A DNA stretch of 64,000 bases from Octopus vulgaris (taxonomy: Eukaryota): the NCBI GenBank assembly GCA_951406725.2, contig OX597838.1:21328001-21392000 (forward strand). Direction: 5' to 3'. The translations under genes and the position numbers were made by a program. Under the pieces are notes generated by a model, which worked only from the letters and a program-made list of their open reading frames with translations, was not told the DNA's origin and did no database searches. Shown here in pieces: positions 23,901-34,630 of this stretch. Within the stretch, counting starts at the first letter, position 1. Each line of letters starts with the position of its first letter.

Positions 23901-25219
23901 GTCCAGCACCAGTAAGGTCGGGCGCCAGTAAGATCGGGTGCCAGTAAGGTCCAGCACCAGTAAGGTCGTGCGCCAGTAAGGTCGTGCGCCAGTAAGGTCG
24001 GGCGCCAGTAAGGTCGGGCGCCAGTAAGGTCGGGCGCCAGTAAGGTCGGGCGCCAGTAAGGTCCGGCGCCAGTAACGTTCAGCGCCAGTAAGGTCGGGCG
24101 CCAGTAAGGTCGGGCACCAGTAAGGTCGGACACCAGTAAGGTCGGGCGCCAGTAAGGTCCGACGCCAGTAAGGTCGGGCGCCAATAAGGTCTACATTGAC
24201 TCACAAATTATGTATCTGACTCTGTATAGCATTCTGTACTGTTCTGTGTAATTACTGTATGAAGTTTTCATTTGAATGAAAAAATGTGGTGAAGGGATAT
24301 TTTGCATTTGTTTTTCTTAATTTATAATTATTTTCAAGATTCCTCAACGTTAATTTATTTTCATCTATTTTTAGGTGGCTATTTATTTGAGCACTTGAGT
24401 TCCTGGGAAGACTGGGCTATGGGCCTGCTGCTACTGTTTATATCCTTACTTATATTGTGCCTTTGTCTCATGTTTATCGTAAAGCTTCTTCATTCCCTGT
24501 TGCGAGGAAGTATCGCCAAAGTTATTCGCAAAATTGTCAATCAAGATTTCCCTGGCCCCTTGTCCTATATAACCGGTTACCTGGCAATACTGATCGGCGC
24601 TGGCTTAACGATGTTGGTTCAGAGCAGTTCAATCTTCACATCTTCCATAACACCTTTAGTTGGTCTAGGTATTATCTCTCTTGAACGAATGTACCCACTG
24701 ACTTTAGGTTCGAATATTGGAACGACAACGACGGGAATGCTGGCTGCCATCGCACAGGACGATCACTTAAAAGAATCTCTTCAAGTCGCTTTGTGTCATT
24801 TATTCTTCAACCTGACTGCAATTCTAATCTTTTATCCTATACCACAAATGCGTTTTCCTATCAACTTGGCCAAATTTTTAGGCAGCACGACAGCAAAATA
24901 CCGATGGTTTGCAATAATGTATCTCATATTTATGTTCTTTGTGTTTCCAGCCATAATTTTGGCCCTCTCCTTTACCTCTGTGATAGCCTTGATTGTGGTT
25001 CTCGTGCCAATTATTCTTCTTATTATTACCGTGGCCATTATTAAAACTTTGCAAGCCAAGAAGCCGCACTTTCTTCCTGAAAAGCTCCGAAACTGGAAAT
25101 TTCTACCTGAATGGATGCGATCTCTGGCTCCTTATGATCGCCTGTTCAGGAAAATGTTTAGTATTTGCATGAAGATAAGACATCCAAAACAGGATGGTGT
25201 GGAGATAAACAGAGCTTAA
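3458..25219 (+). CDS. SLC34A: Sodium-dependent phosphate cotransporter, SLC34 (NaPi-II) family; spliced, 10 exons seen, start codon not identified
   Basis: Exons 3458-3511, 5598-5636, 8913-8951, 10095-10149, 11880-12011, 13808-13951, 15223-15414, 17721-17839, 20131-20233 and 24375-25219 join in frame (1722 nt). The protein has both QSSS repeats ([11 protein letters not shown]; [11 protein letters not shown]), [18 protein letters not shown] and the N-terminal DPWxLP motif of SLC34 proteins. Confidence 0.95.
3627..4035 (+). mobile_element. tRNA-derived SINE family A with internal microsatellite (representative copy)
   Basis: A-box-like TGGCTGTGTGG and B-box-like GGTTCAGTCCC in the head, shared tail ...gactgaaacaagtaaaagag. 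Further copies near 2330, 5720-6131(-), 17875-18600, 32170-32570(-), 35165-35540(-), 41685-42000(-), 43638, 50390-50780(-), 54330, 55130, 61008 and 62001. Confidence 0.88.
5598..5636 (+). CDS. SLC34A: SLC34 putative micro-exon ([13 protein letters not shown])
   Basis: poly-T+cag acceptor, gtaagt donor, 39 nt, phase 0/0. Confidence 0.6.
6464..7290 (+). mobile_element. Degenerate Ty3/gypsy (K02A2.6-like) gag fragment
   Basis: [30 protein letters not shown]...KLRLLLRKL, frameshifted continuation and zinc-knuckle remnants ([26 protein letters not shown]); stops and frameshifts. Confidence 0.75.
8009..8737. repeat. Minisatellite, 52-bp unit x ~14
   Basis: Unit gaatcaacggcagcattcgtcctatatttctggaccgccatattagcttggc, head-to-tail, no spacers. 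Confidence 0.97.
8913..8951 (+). CDS. SLC34A: SLC34 putative micro-exon ([13 protein letters not shown])
   Basis: tttag acceptor, GAG|gtaagt donor, 39 nt, phase 0/0. Confidence 0.6.
10095..10149 (+). CDS. SLC34A: SLC34 exon ([18 protein letters not shown])
   Basis: DPWxLP...W motif of SLC34 N-termini; aag acceptor, gtaaat donor; phase 1 matches the next exon. Confidence 0.85.
10349..10850 (-). mobile_element. Mariner transposon remnant (transposase C-terminus plus one terminus)
   Basis: [22 protein letters not shown] is the mariner YSPDLAPSD(F/Y)HLF motif; WEEGI...ERW...NG end; terminus tattgggctgtccggaaa at 10349. Confidence 0.85.
11124..11775. repeat. Minisatellite, 75-bp unit x ~8.5, built from CCCTAA/CCTAAA/CTCTAA-like hexamers
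   Basis: Period of 75 bp (ccatg at 11201, 11276, ...). Confidence 0.95.
11880..12011 (+). CDS. SLC34A: SLC34 exon, first TM ([21 protein letters not shown])
   Basis: ttgcag acceptor, gtaagt donor; conserved LYxFxCSLxxLSSAFxLxGG. Confidence 0.95.
12124..12630 (-). mobile_element. Non-autonomous Helitron; relatives at 16934-17309(-), 35752-36118(-), 53060-53360(-), 28803-29391(+), 42832-43326(+)
   Basis: On -: 5'-TC start, subterminal hairpin CCCGAGCAACGCCGGG, 3'-CTAG end, inserted between A and T with no TSD. Confidence 0.8.
12655..12945 (+). mobile_element. tRNA-derived SINE family C; copies 14126-14430(+), ~30150-30420(-)
   Basis: tRNA-like head tggcctagtggttaaggcagcggattcgcgg...ggttcgaatc; shared body. 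Confidence 0.7.
13177..13585 (+). mobile_element. SINE family B (ggcagcgagct...gtcgactttgcctttcatcctttcggggtcgataaattaagtaccag), often tandemly reiterated
   Basis: Copies also near 16050-16435, 27395-28330, 31188-31760, 33735-33966(-), 37105-37332 and 60475-60873(-). Confidence 0.85.
13808..13951 (+). CDS. SLC34A: SLC34 exon ([26 protein letters not shown])
   Basis: First QSSS motif; ctcag acceptor, gtaagt donor. Confidence 0.97.
15223..15414 (+). CDS. SLC34A: SLC34 exon ([17 protein letters not shown]...[17 protein letters not shown])
   Basis: Highly conserved SLC34 motifs; cctag acceptor, gtcagc donor. Confidence 0.97.
16441..16765 (-). pseudogene. 28S (LSU) rRNA gene fragment, ~320 bp, antisense in an SLC34 intron
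   Basis: The + strand follows reverse-complement LSU rRNA landmarks in order: GTACGG..., GGATTTTC..GGGC..CGAGA.CGCACC.GAC.CCGCC, AGAGAACTCTTCCCGGGGCTCC, GGTTCGGGAATATTAACCTGATT; GC-rich island. Confidence 0.8.
17721..17839 (+). CDS. SLC34A: SLC34 exon (GYLYHFT...[15 protein letters not shown])
   Basis: Conserved LLKxITxPFTKxIIQ; aag acceptor, gtagat donor; phases fit. Confidence 0.92.
17912..18242 (-). mobile_element. SINE family D (tRNA head, CORE-like tgtgtccttgagcaagacac) nested in a family A SINE; copies ~31800-32080(+), ~51290-51570(-)
   Basis: 12-bp target duplication gtagcttgctta at 17900-17911 and 18243-18254. Confidence 0.8.
18896..19392. mobile_element. Tc1/mariner-type MITE
   Basis: TIRs ccataaatcctcaagtata / tatactcgaggatttacgg flanked by TA. 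Confidence 0.7.
20131..20233 (+). CDS. SLC34A: SLC34 exon, extracellular loop ([10 protein letters not shown]...[15 protein letters not shown])
   Basis: LxKKxI and SxxKxC loop motifs, N-glycosylation sequons NES and NKT; tttag acceptor, gtgagt donor. Confidence 0.88.
20262..20880 (-). mobile_element. SINE-like family E ending in (GAT)n with internal ~50-75-bp subrepeats; copies near 14835-15045, 15745-15990, 19533-19940, 26140-26363, 29797-30080, 50888-51182 and 63600-63950
   Basis: Shared ttccatgctagcatgggttggacgg...gctggatgcccttcctaacgccaaccactc...gtgctttttacgtgccac blocks. Confidence 0.75.
22249..24191. repeat. GC-rich minisatellite, 16-bp unit x ~121 (CCAGTAAGGTC + 5 variable nt)
   Basis: Period of 16 bp; higher-order 416-bp (26-unit) duplication, e.g. 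variant ccggtacc at 22911 and 23327. Confidence 0.98.
24375..25219 (+). CDS. SLC34A: SLC34 terminal coding exon (second QSSS repeat, C-terminal TMs, stop)
   Basis: ttag acceptor at 24374; [42 protein letters not shown], [21 protein letters not shown]; TAA at 25217-25219. Confidence 0.98.
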
Positions 25220-25437
25220 ACCTTTAGTGTTTAAACCGGCCATATCCGGCCCAAATATTCTATGTTTTATATTCAAACTGGCGATATCTGGTCTCTCACA
25301 CCTAATCTACATAGACATTCTAAAAATAAACAATCACATCATTGAAACCTCAAAGCTATGAGATAATGTATGATTAATTAAAAATAATTTGAGTAAAAAA
25401 ATATTACATCTAACAGAGTAATCTGAACACTAAAGGG
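25220..25437. mobile_element. piggyBac-type MITE inserted at the SLC34 stop codon; relatives near 59907-60088 and 560-722
   Basis: TIRs acctttagtgtt / aacactaaaggg with TTAA on both sides (25216-25219, 25438-25441). Confidence 0.75.
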
Positions 25438-25705
25438 TTAATAAGCTTCTTAAACCTACACAATAATGTGTGTGTGTGTGTGTGCATGCAAACATATAAG
25501 TGCGTGTGTGTGTGCCTACATAAAAATGTCTATATATGTTCATATATGAATGTACATATATATATATATTGAATGTACATATAATATATATAATGTATAT
25601 ATGTGTATGTAGATATGTGTGTGTGTGTGTATATATATGTATGTGTATATATAACTATATATGTATTAGAAGGTTTGGAGATGATGTACAGGTATTATAT
25701 ATTAG

Positions 25706-25977
25706 AAGAAATGAGGTACTCAGAAATCTGGATGGTTTTATATTTACAGATATTTATTAGTATGTTACATGTTTTTATAAATCATATACCTTATATCATA
25801 TATTAGCGCTTTCGTTCATTCTAGTGGAGTCTTCAAATTGGTCTACATCAATTTGAAGACTCCACTAGAATGGACGAAAGCGCTAATATATAATATATGA
25901 TTTATAAAAACATGTAACATACTAATAAATATCTGTAAATCTAAAACCATCCGGATTTCTGTAGTACCTCATTTCTT
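25706..25977. repeat. Fold-back palindrome, ~130-bp arms, 8-nt loop
   Basis: Arms reverse-complementary around gtctacat (25841-25848); a single-arm copy at ~61905-62465 is split by a SINE. Confidence 0.92.
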
Positions 25978-27394
25978 TGAATATGTATATATGTATGTGT
26001 GTAAATGTGTGTGTGTGTGTAATTTTGTGTATGATTAGAATGCTTTGCCTTATTTTTTATATATATATATATATATTTTTTTTTATTAATTTCATTTGTG
26101 AATGTGATGGAAAGCAAGTCATTTAAAATTACTTTTATCCGAGCGTGGCCGTCAGCCAACCTCGTCTGGCACCTGTGTCGGTGGCACATAAAATCACCCA
26201 CTACACTCTCGGAGTGGTTGGCGTTAGGAAGAGCATCCAGCTGTAGAAACACTGCCAGATCTGACTGGCCTGGTGCAGCCTTCGAGCTTGCCAGACCCCA
26301 GTTAAACCGTCCAACCCATGCTAGCATGGAAAGCGGACGTTAAACGATGATGATGATGATGATGTTTACTACGGTGATGATACCGTTGAAGAAATAGAGG
26401 GGAGACCTGACTATTAGTCTTTCTGGAACACAAACAAGAGTGACTCAGCTATAGTCCTGACTAGTTTGGCAGGTCCTTATTGTAAAAATCTATCATTTGC
26501 TTCCAGACGTACCTGCTATATGGCTTTGGTTCTTTTACTCCTTTTTTCACACATTTCAAGCAGTTGACTGTAACCATGCTGGAGCACTGCCTCAAAGGGT
26601 TTTTTTTTTTTTTTTTTAAGTCGAGGAATTAAGACCCCAGAACTTATTCTTTGCAAGCCTAGTAGTTATTCAATCGGTTTCTTTTGCCAAACTGCCGAAC
26701 AGGGACATAAACACACCTAGCAATATGGGAACACACACACACACATCATCATCATTGTTTAGCGTCCGTTTTCCATGCTAGCATGGGTTGGACGGTTCTA
26801 CTGGAGTCTGTGAAGCCAGAAGGCTTCATCAGGCCCAGTCAAATCTGGCAGTGTTTCTACGGCTGGATGCCCTTCCTAACACAAATACACACACACACAC
26901 ACACACACACACGATGGGGTCGATTTGCTGGTGCTCCAGCATGGACACAGTCAAATAACTGAAACAAGTAAGAGAATAATAGAATATATTTTGGCAAAGC
27001 ATAAACACATACTATGTGTGGGTTTCCCACACAATGCCCGTCCACATGTTGACTACAATGCATTTCTCAACCCAAGGAACTTGCTCAAGCTGCCATGCAA
27101 TGCAATGGAATAAAATTCACCCCAAACCACTTCGAGTTTGGAAGCAAGCTTCTTAGCCATACAGTCATATCTGTGTTCATGTATATTTAATGGAAGGAAG
27201 AGTCGAACCAGCCTCTTCCTGTTTTGAGTTTCTCTTGTAGGCACATAGGATCTACAACCAAGTTATGACTGGAACACACACACACACACACACACATATA
27301 ACTTTCCGGACAATCCAATATATATAACATTGAGACTCTTTTCTTCCTTATCAAGCGTTAAGCCTCATCCTTGCAATAGATATGTATAGGTGCA

Positions 27395-28330
27395 TGCCGG
27401 GCGAAACGTGTAGCTGTAATTCGTCTGCCGTTGCGTTCTGGGTTCAAATTCCACCGAGGTCGACTTTGCCTTTCATCCTTTCGGGGTCGATTAAATAAGT
27501 ACCAGTTATGCACTGGGGTTGGCGTAATTGACTTAATCCCTTTGTCTGTCCTTGTTTGTCCCCTCTGTGTTTAGCCCCTTGTGGGCAGTAAAGAAATAGG
27601 TATTTCGTCTGCTGCTACTTTCTGAGTTCAAATTCCGCTGAGGTCGACTTTGCCTTTCATCCTTTCGGGTTCGATTAAATAAGTTCCAGTTACGCACTGG
27701 GGTTGGCGTAATTGACTTAATCCCTTTGTCTGTCCTTGTTTGTCCCCTCTGTGTTTAGCCCCTTGTGGGTAGTAAAGAAATAGGTATTTCGTCTGCTGCT
27801 ACGTTCTGAGTTCAAATTCCGCCGAGGTCGACTTTGCCTTTCATCCTTTCGGGGTCGATTAAATAAGTACCAGTTAAGCACTGGGGTCGATGTAATCTAC
27901 TTAATCCCTTTGTCTGTCCTTGTTTGTTCCCTCTGTGTTTAGCCCCTTGTGGGCAGTAAAGAAATAGGTATTTCGTCTGCTGCTACGTTCTGAGTTCAAA
28001 TTCCGCCGAGGTCGACTTTGCCTTTCATCCTTTCGGGGTCGATTAAATAAGTACCAGTTAAGCACTGGGGTCGATGTAATCTACTTAATCCCTTTGTCTG
28101 TCCTTGTTTGTTCCCTCTGTGTTTAGCCCCTTGTGGGCAGTAAAGAAATAGGTATTTCGTCTGCTGCTACGTTCTGAGTTCAAATTCCGCCGAGGTCGAC
28201 TTTGCCTTTCATCCTTTCGGGGTCGATTAAATAAGTACCAGTTAAGCACTGGGGTCGATGTAATCGACTCAATCCCTTTGTCTGTCCTTGTTTGTCCCCT
28301 CTGTGTTTAGCCCCTTGTGGGCAATAAAGA
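27395..28330 (+). repeat. Tandem array of five ~184-bp SINE-B body units
   Basis: Units restart near 27418, 27602, 27787, 27971 and 28155. Confidence 0.92.
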
Positions 28331-28689
28331 ATTATATATGCATAGGTGCAAGCATGCACAAACTTACTTCCGAAGCAAGTGTGTTGAAGAGAGAGAGAAT
28401 GAGAGAGAATTCTGTAAATAGTGGAGCCATGTATAAAGCATCAGCATATGCAAATACCGATTGTAGGATAACTCGGGATCAAATATTATGAAACTCAAGG
28501 CTCTGATTCCAGAACTGTGGTGTGTGTACATACGATATGAAAATTCAGGTGACCAAAGTTAAAAAATGAAATGCAGGCATTATCTTTTTTATAACATACT
28601 CTAATATTACCTATCTTTTATAACATATTTGTTGATAAATAAAACGATATTTTACTTAAAAATGAAGTTGTTTGTTTGTGACTTTACAA

Positions 28690-29460
28690 AGGGGTGCTGA
28701 AAAGTTTCTGGCTTTAATAGTATTGCAAAATATTTGGTTGTACAGGGCTTAGAAAAACTAGAGGACTACCTGCAATACATATGTGAGTCTGTGAAAGGAA
28801 TATCTATATATAAAAAACTAAACTTGTGTGTCTGTGTGTTTAACTTCCCGGCACATCTCCTTCTAGCCAACAAATCGTAGAACCACCAAAAATGGGTCAC
28901 TTAAAGTTTAGGCGAATGAAAATTGAACTGCGCTATTCCTGTTCCGAAATTCATCTCGCAAGTGCAAAAATCCATAATGTGTTTGTTTAGGCCTTATCCC
29001 ATGCATTGAATAGTGAACTTTACTCAGTCAGCTCTTTGACGTGAACTGTGTTCACCACGCGTGCAAGCATGAAATTGCATGAAAAATAAAAAATCAAGAT
29101 ATAAAAACGAATCGCCGTAAACATTGTAGAAATTCGGCAAAGAAATAAATTTTCGGGATGTAGCCTGGAGGGTTTTTTTGTATTAATCGTTTGGACTTTG
29201 TGAACACATACCAATTATTTCCATAACATTTTTAACGCTTTGAATTAAATGTGACCATTTTGCATTGAGTCTGCAGTCTGATTCACTTTAACCAAATTTT
29301 AGCAGCCGGATTTTTGATCATCACGATACATCGCCAGCGACTCCCTGAAACTCTCCCCTGAAATCCCCCTTGAGCTGGGCAATATTGCTAGTGTTGAATA
29401 AAATCATAACTAATCCTCCTATATTTTCTTTTACCCAAAGCTAGAAGCTTTTCAGTACCC
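28690..29460. mobile_element. Mariner-like MITE interrupted by a Helitron (28803-29391); uninterrupted copy at 53401-53605
   Basis: Termini ggggtgctgaaaagtt / gcttttcagtaccc; empty site ggaata|tgttga in the 53401 copy. Confidence 0.75.
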
Positions 29461-30443
29461 ACATGAATGGTTAAGAAATAAAAATATTTGAGTTTTTGAA
29501 ATGAATATATATGGATATATGTGTGTATATATATATGTATGTATATATAATGATAATATGAGGGAAAATTATTCCAAACTTACAGGGAAAAATTCAGTTT
29601 AGAAACATTAAATCAAATTTCACCAAATATAATATATATATAAATTAGAAAAAAAACCACCTTTTATCAATTCAATAATGAAAAATTAAATTATACCATT
29701 TAGAAGAATTACATCTTATAGAAAGATTAAATATACGATAAAACGTAACTGATTAAGTAATGTGCAAAATAAATAAAACATATATATATACATATCCTCA
29801 TCGTGTAATGTCTGCTTTCCATGCTGGCATGGGTTGGATGGTTTGACTGAGGACTGGTAGCCAGAAGGCGGCACCAGGCTCCGATCTGATCTGGCAAGGT
29901 TTCTACAGCTGGATGCCTTTCCTAATGCCAACCATTCTGAGAATGTAGTGGGTGCTTTTTACATGCCACTGGCATGGGAGCCAGTCAGGGGACACTGGCA
30001 TCGGCCATGTTTGCTTAGTGCTTTTTATGTGCTACTGGCACAGGAGCCAGTCAGGGTGCACTGGCGTCAACCATGTTCACTTGGATATCTATCTATCTAT
30101 CTATATATATATAGATATATGTATATATATAAATATATATATGTATATCACGTGACCGACCAGACCATCAGATGTTGCTACACATCGCTGGTCACAATGC
30201 GCTTCGCATTGTTTTAGCCTTCGAATGACGCCACCCTACTGGCTAGGCGAGCAGGCCAACAGAGGAAAGAGTGGTGAAAGAGTACAGCAGGGATCACCAC
30301 CCCCTGCCGGAGCCTTGTGGAGCTTTTAGGTGTTTTCGCTCAATAAACACTCACAACGCCCGGTCTGAGAATCGAAACCGCGAGTCCGCTGCCCTAACCA
30401 CTGGGCCACTGCGCCTCCACATATATGTATATATATACATATA

Positions 30444-30475
<32 letters not shown>

Positions 30476-33400
30476 CATATATATACATATATATATATAC
30501 ATACATACATATATATATACACACACACATATATATATATATTACTCACACACACACATATACAAACATATGCATGAGAGAGAGAGAGAGTGTGTGTGTG
30601 TGTGTGCATGTACTTGTGCGTATTTCTCATGTAAATCACATAATAATTCTTTGTTTCCATATGAAATTTTCCACTTTCAATGATCGTCAACGTATCAATA
30701 TTTCTTTCTCTTGCTGTTTACTTATCTTTCTTGTCTTTATTCATTTCATTTTACCTTCTGAAACGAACATATTGTTGTTGTCTTAGAATTTCTTTCATTT
30801 TTTTTTTCTTCTTCTGTATTCTCTGCCGTCAGAACAGAAACCAAGATTGTCACCATTTGTTCCACACACACACACGCACACAATGGTTTACTATTGGCGA
30901 CCGTGTAACGATTTATTTGTTAAAAGTAAGTGCACGCTGGACTGACAGGATTGACAGACCTGTGTATGACCTCGCAATTTCACCTTCTGGGTTGTACAAA
31001 TACCACCGGGTGTTTACTCAGTTTTTTTCTCGTTCCAGTCTAAATAAAATATAATACCTGTCAAATAGTCATTTAATTCTGAATTATATATAAAAAAATA
31101 AAAAAACAAGGAATAAATTCTAAGCCTTGCTTTATCCAAAATGTGTGATATTGTACTAATTGTTAGAAATCATTATTTAGCCATTATAAGGCAGCGAGCT
31201 AGTAGAATCGTTAACTCGCTGGGCGAAATACTTAGCGGTATTTTGTCTGCCGTTACTTTCTGAGTTCAAATTCTGCCGAGGTCGACTCTGCCTTTCATCC
31301 TTTCGGGGTCGATTAAATAAGTACCAGTTACGCACTGGAGTCGATATAATCGACTTAATCCCTTTGTCCCCTGTGTGTAGCCCCTTGTGAGCAGTAAAGA
31401 AATAGGTATTTCGTCTGCTGCTACATTTTGAGTTCAAATAGCGCCGAGGTCGACTTTGCCTTTCATCCTTTTGGGGTCAATTAAATAAGTACCAGTTATG
31501 CACTGGGGTCGATATAATCGATTTAATCCGTTTGTCTGTCCTTGTTTGTTCTCTCTGTGTTTAGCCCCTTGTGGGTAGTAAAAAAATAGAAATAGGTATT
31601 TCGCCAGTCGCTACGTTCTGAGTTCAAATTCTACCGAGGCCGACTTTGCCTTTCGTCCTTTTCAGGGGCAATAAAGTAAGTACCGGTGATACACTGGGGT
31701 CAATGCAATCGACTAGTTCCCCCCTCCAATTTCAGTCCTCGTGCCTATAGTAGAAAGGATTATTTAACCATTATTTATTAGTTTTAAATGAAAGCTTTGA
31801 AGGCGCATAGCTTAGCAATTAGGGGTATTCAGTTCATGATTGTAAGGCTGTGAGTTCGATTCCTGTTAGTGTGTTGTGTCCTTGAGCAAGATACTTTATT
31901 TCATGTGGTTCCAGTCCACTCAGTTGGTAAAAATGAGTTGTACCAGTAATTCAAAGGGCCAGCCTTGTCGTATTTAGTACATCATGCTGAGTCTCCCCGA
32001 AGACTACGTTAAGGGTACACGGGTCAAGGAGTGCTCAACCACTTGCTCGTTAATTTCACATTCGGATCAACAGGAATACTCATCAACATAACAGAAAGCA
32101 TAGCGAAAAATAAGTTTTGAAGTATTTTGTTATGGCCCAATATGTTCTGAGTTCAATACCTGTCTGATATACTCTTCTACTTGTTTCAGTCATTTGACTG
32201 CGGCCATGCTGGAGTTCTGCCTTTAGTCGAGCAAATCGACTCCGCAGGACTTATTCTTTGTAAGCCTAGTACTTATTCTATCGTTCTCTTTTGCCAAACC
32301 GCTAAGTTACGGGGTTGTAAACACACCAGCATCGGTTGTCAAGCGATGTTGGGAGGGACAAACACAGACACACAAACATATACACATACATACATATATA
32401 TATATACATATACATGACGGGCTTCTTTCAGTTTCCGTCTACCAAATCCACTCACAAGGCTTTGGTCGACCTAAGGCTATAGTAGGAGATACTTGCCCAA
32501 GGTGCCATGCAGTGGGACTGAACCTAGAACCATGTGGTTGGTAAGCAAGCTACTTACCACACAGCCACTCTTGCCACAAAAATTCACGTAAAAAAATTGC
32601 CGAAAATAATCGCTGGATTTTGCTATTAATTTTGATTATTCCCAAAATTTATTTCTAAGTTATAAAAAGTGTTATCGTACAAAAAAAATTCGGTGCAAAA
32701 AACCATGTAAAAAAATTGCCGAAAACGATCGCAGTAATGAAAACTTAGGGATTCAAAATTTCAGGATTGTGGGTCCAGATTTTTAATTTTACTCATTGAG
32801 CCAGCCTGATTCCAAAATGGTATATGTTGGGCTACAGCCTCTTGGAGTAAAGTTGAAAAAGTGTGACACACTGACATTCTCATTTATTATATTAGATGTG
32901 TGTGTGTGCGCGCGTGTGAGTATAGTCGCTGCACTCATCAGAGGAAATTCATGCTGAAAACACGGAAATTTTCCGTTTGCCGACCAGGGAAAAAAAGAAA
33001 TCGTTTATACAGTAACTTATATTTTTAGACTCAACTGGAACCGATCTAAGGGAGATAACTCCATCTCGCCCAGTAGTATTGCTGTACAGTAGAATTTCGT
33101 TCGTATCGGAGTTATTATGGTTACAAGCCTAATTGACCAAAATGTTTTCTTACTTCCAGTTGTAGACAGATTACGTGCTTCCGACCAACAAGATTGAGGG
33201 GTCACCTATACCGGTTCCCAAAAGTTTAAGGGAGAAACTAACACTGGTTCCCAAAAGTTTAGGTTTGTCTGGAGGTTTCGATGGAACCTTTGATTTGTAT
33301 TTAGGATGCCTTGAGGATTACGTCCACATTTTCTATTGTGGGCTGGATTCCTGATTGTTGTAAATAAGTTATTTTGGGGTGTAAGCGAGGTTAGTCGGTG

Positions 33401-34209
33401 GGGCTGTGTCCCCTACATCACCTGTGGTTTGTGTTTTTCAAATTGTTTGGTTCAGTAGGAAAAATTTGAAAAAACTGGCTTCAGAATAGAAAAGATCCAA
33501 ATAAATTTTTTTAAAACAAAGTAAATAAATTTTTTCTAAACAAACTAAATAAAATTATTTTCGAAGCAAGTAGTGTTATTTTTATCTACATTGTTTAAAA
33601 AAAATTATTTATTTTATTTTAAAAAAAAACAAACATCTATTAATTTGCATACGCGCACTCGCGCTAGGTAGACGTTCTAGGATCGACTAGCTACCGCGGA
33701 TGCGTGCACCGGGACCAATTTTCTGAAATAGTACCTATTTCTTTATTACCCACAAGGGGCTAAACACAGACGGGACAAACAAGGACAGACATAGGTATTA
33801 AGTCGATTACATCGACCCCAGTGCGTAACTGATTCTTAATTTATCGACCCCGAAAGGATGAAAGGCAAAGTCGACCTCGGCGGAATTTGAACTCACAACG
33901 TAACGCAGACGAAATATCGCTAAGCATTTCGCCCAGCGTGCTAACGTTTCTGCCAGCTCGCCGCCTTATTTCTTAAATAGTACCAACTCAATCAACGTCG
34001 CGTCAGGTTGTTATGCGAAAAATAAATTAAGAATCGACACAGTGACAGCACAACAAACTTCTCTCACAAGCAAGTGAACATTACTGCTCATACACAGCGC
34101 TCTACCGGTAGAAGTTCATTGTGTTGACTTGTATTTCATATTGTCCATCTATCATATACCCAGCACTTCTTCCAAAAAGATTTTGATCTAATATGCAGAA
34201 TTCTTAAAC

Positions 34210-34630
34210 TCCTTTCGGTTTGACCGGCAGTTTTTTCTAGCGCTGTCATATGAAATTGTCACCCATAATTATGACCCTAGAATCGAACTATTGCATTTCA
34301 ATCTCTTTTAGGGTTAGGGTTAAGGGTGGGGGCAAGGGTATCTTTTTTTCTTCACAAATGTAAATAAACCCAATCTGTTTCTTAAACGAGGGACATATTC
34401 ATACAGCACAGAATGTTTTTTTTTAACCTCAATAGACGTCATTGATTGGTTGAAATTTCAGAAATTGAAGAAAAAAACAACAACAAATATCTTACAAATT
34501 ATAGAATTTTCTCAATAAAGCCAAGAGAAAAAGATGTTTTATAAACACATTCTACCAGTATACGAAGTTTAAAAGTGTTTAGTCACGTGGAAATTATTTT
34601 AAAAAACTGCCGGTCAAACCGAAAAGATCC
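34210..34630. mobile_element. MITE (~415 bp), copy 1, left TIR slightly truncated
   Basis: tttcggtttgaccggcagtttt / aaaactgccggtcaaaccgaaaagatccc; aligns over its full length with 39084-39496. Confidence 0.85.

Noticed and set aside
22118-24184. Long minus-strand ORFs ([16 protein letters not shown] repeats) as protein genes, or the array as CRISPR
   Set aside because: They arise in all three frames from a stop-poor 16-bp unit; the variable part is only 5 nt and recurrent.
24302-24374. N-terminal part of the 305-aa ORF as a real start
   Set aside because: Intronic; homology and phase indicate the acceptor at 24374.
32900-32945. CTGATGA on the minus strand (also ~46343-46349) as hammerhead ribozymes
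   Set aside because: No correctly placed GAAA or stem III follows.
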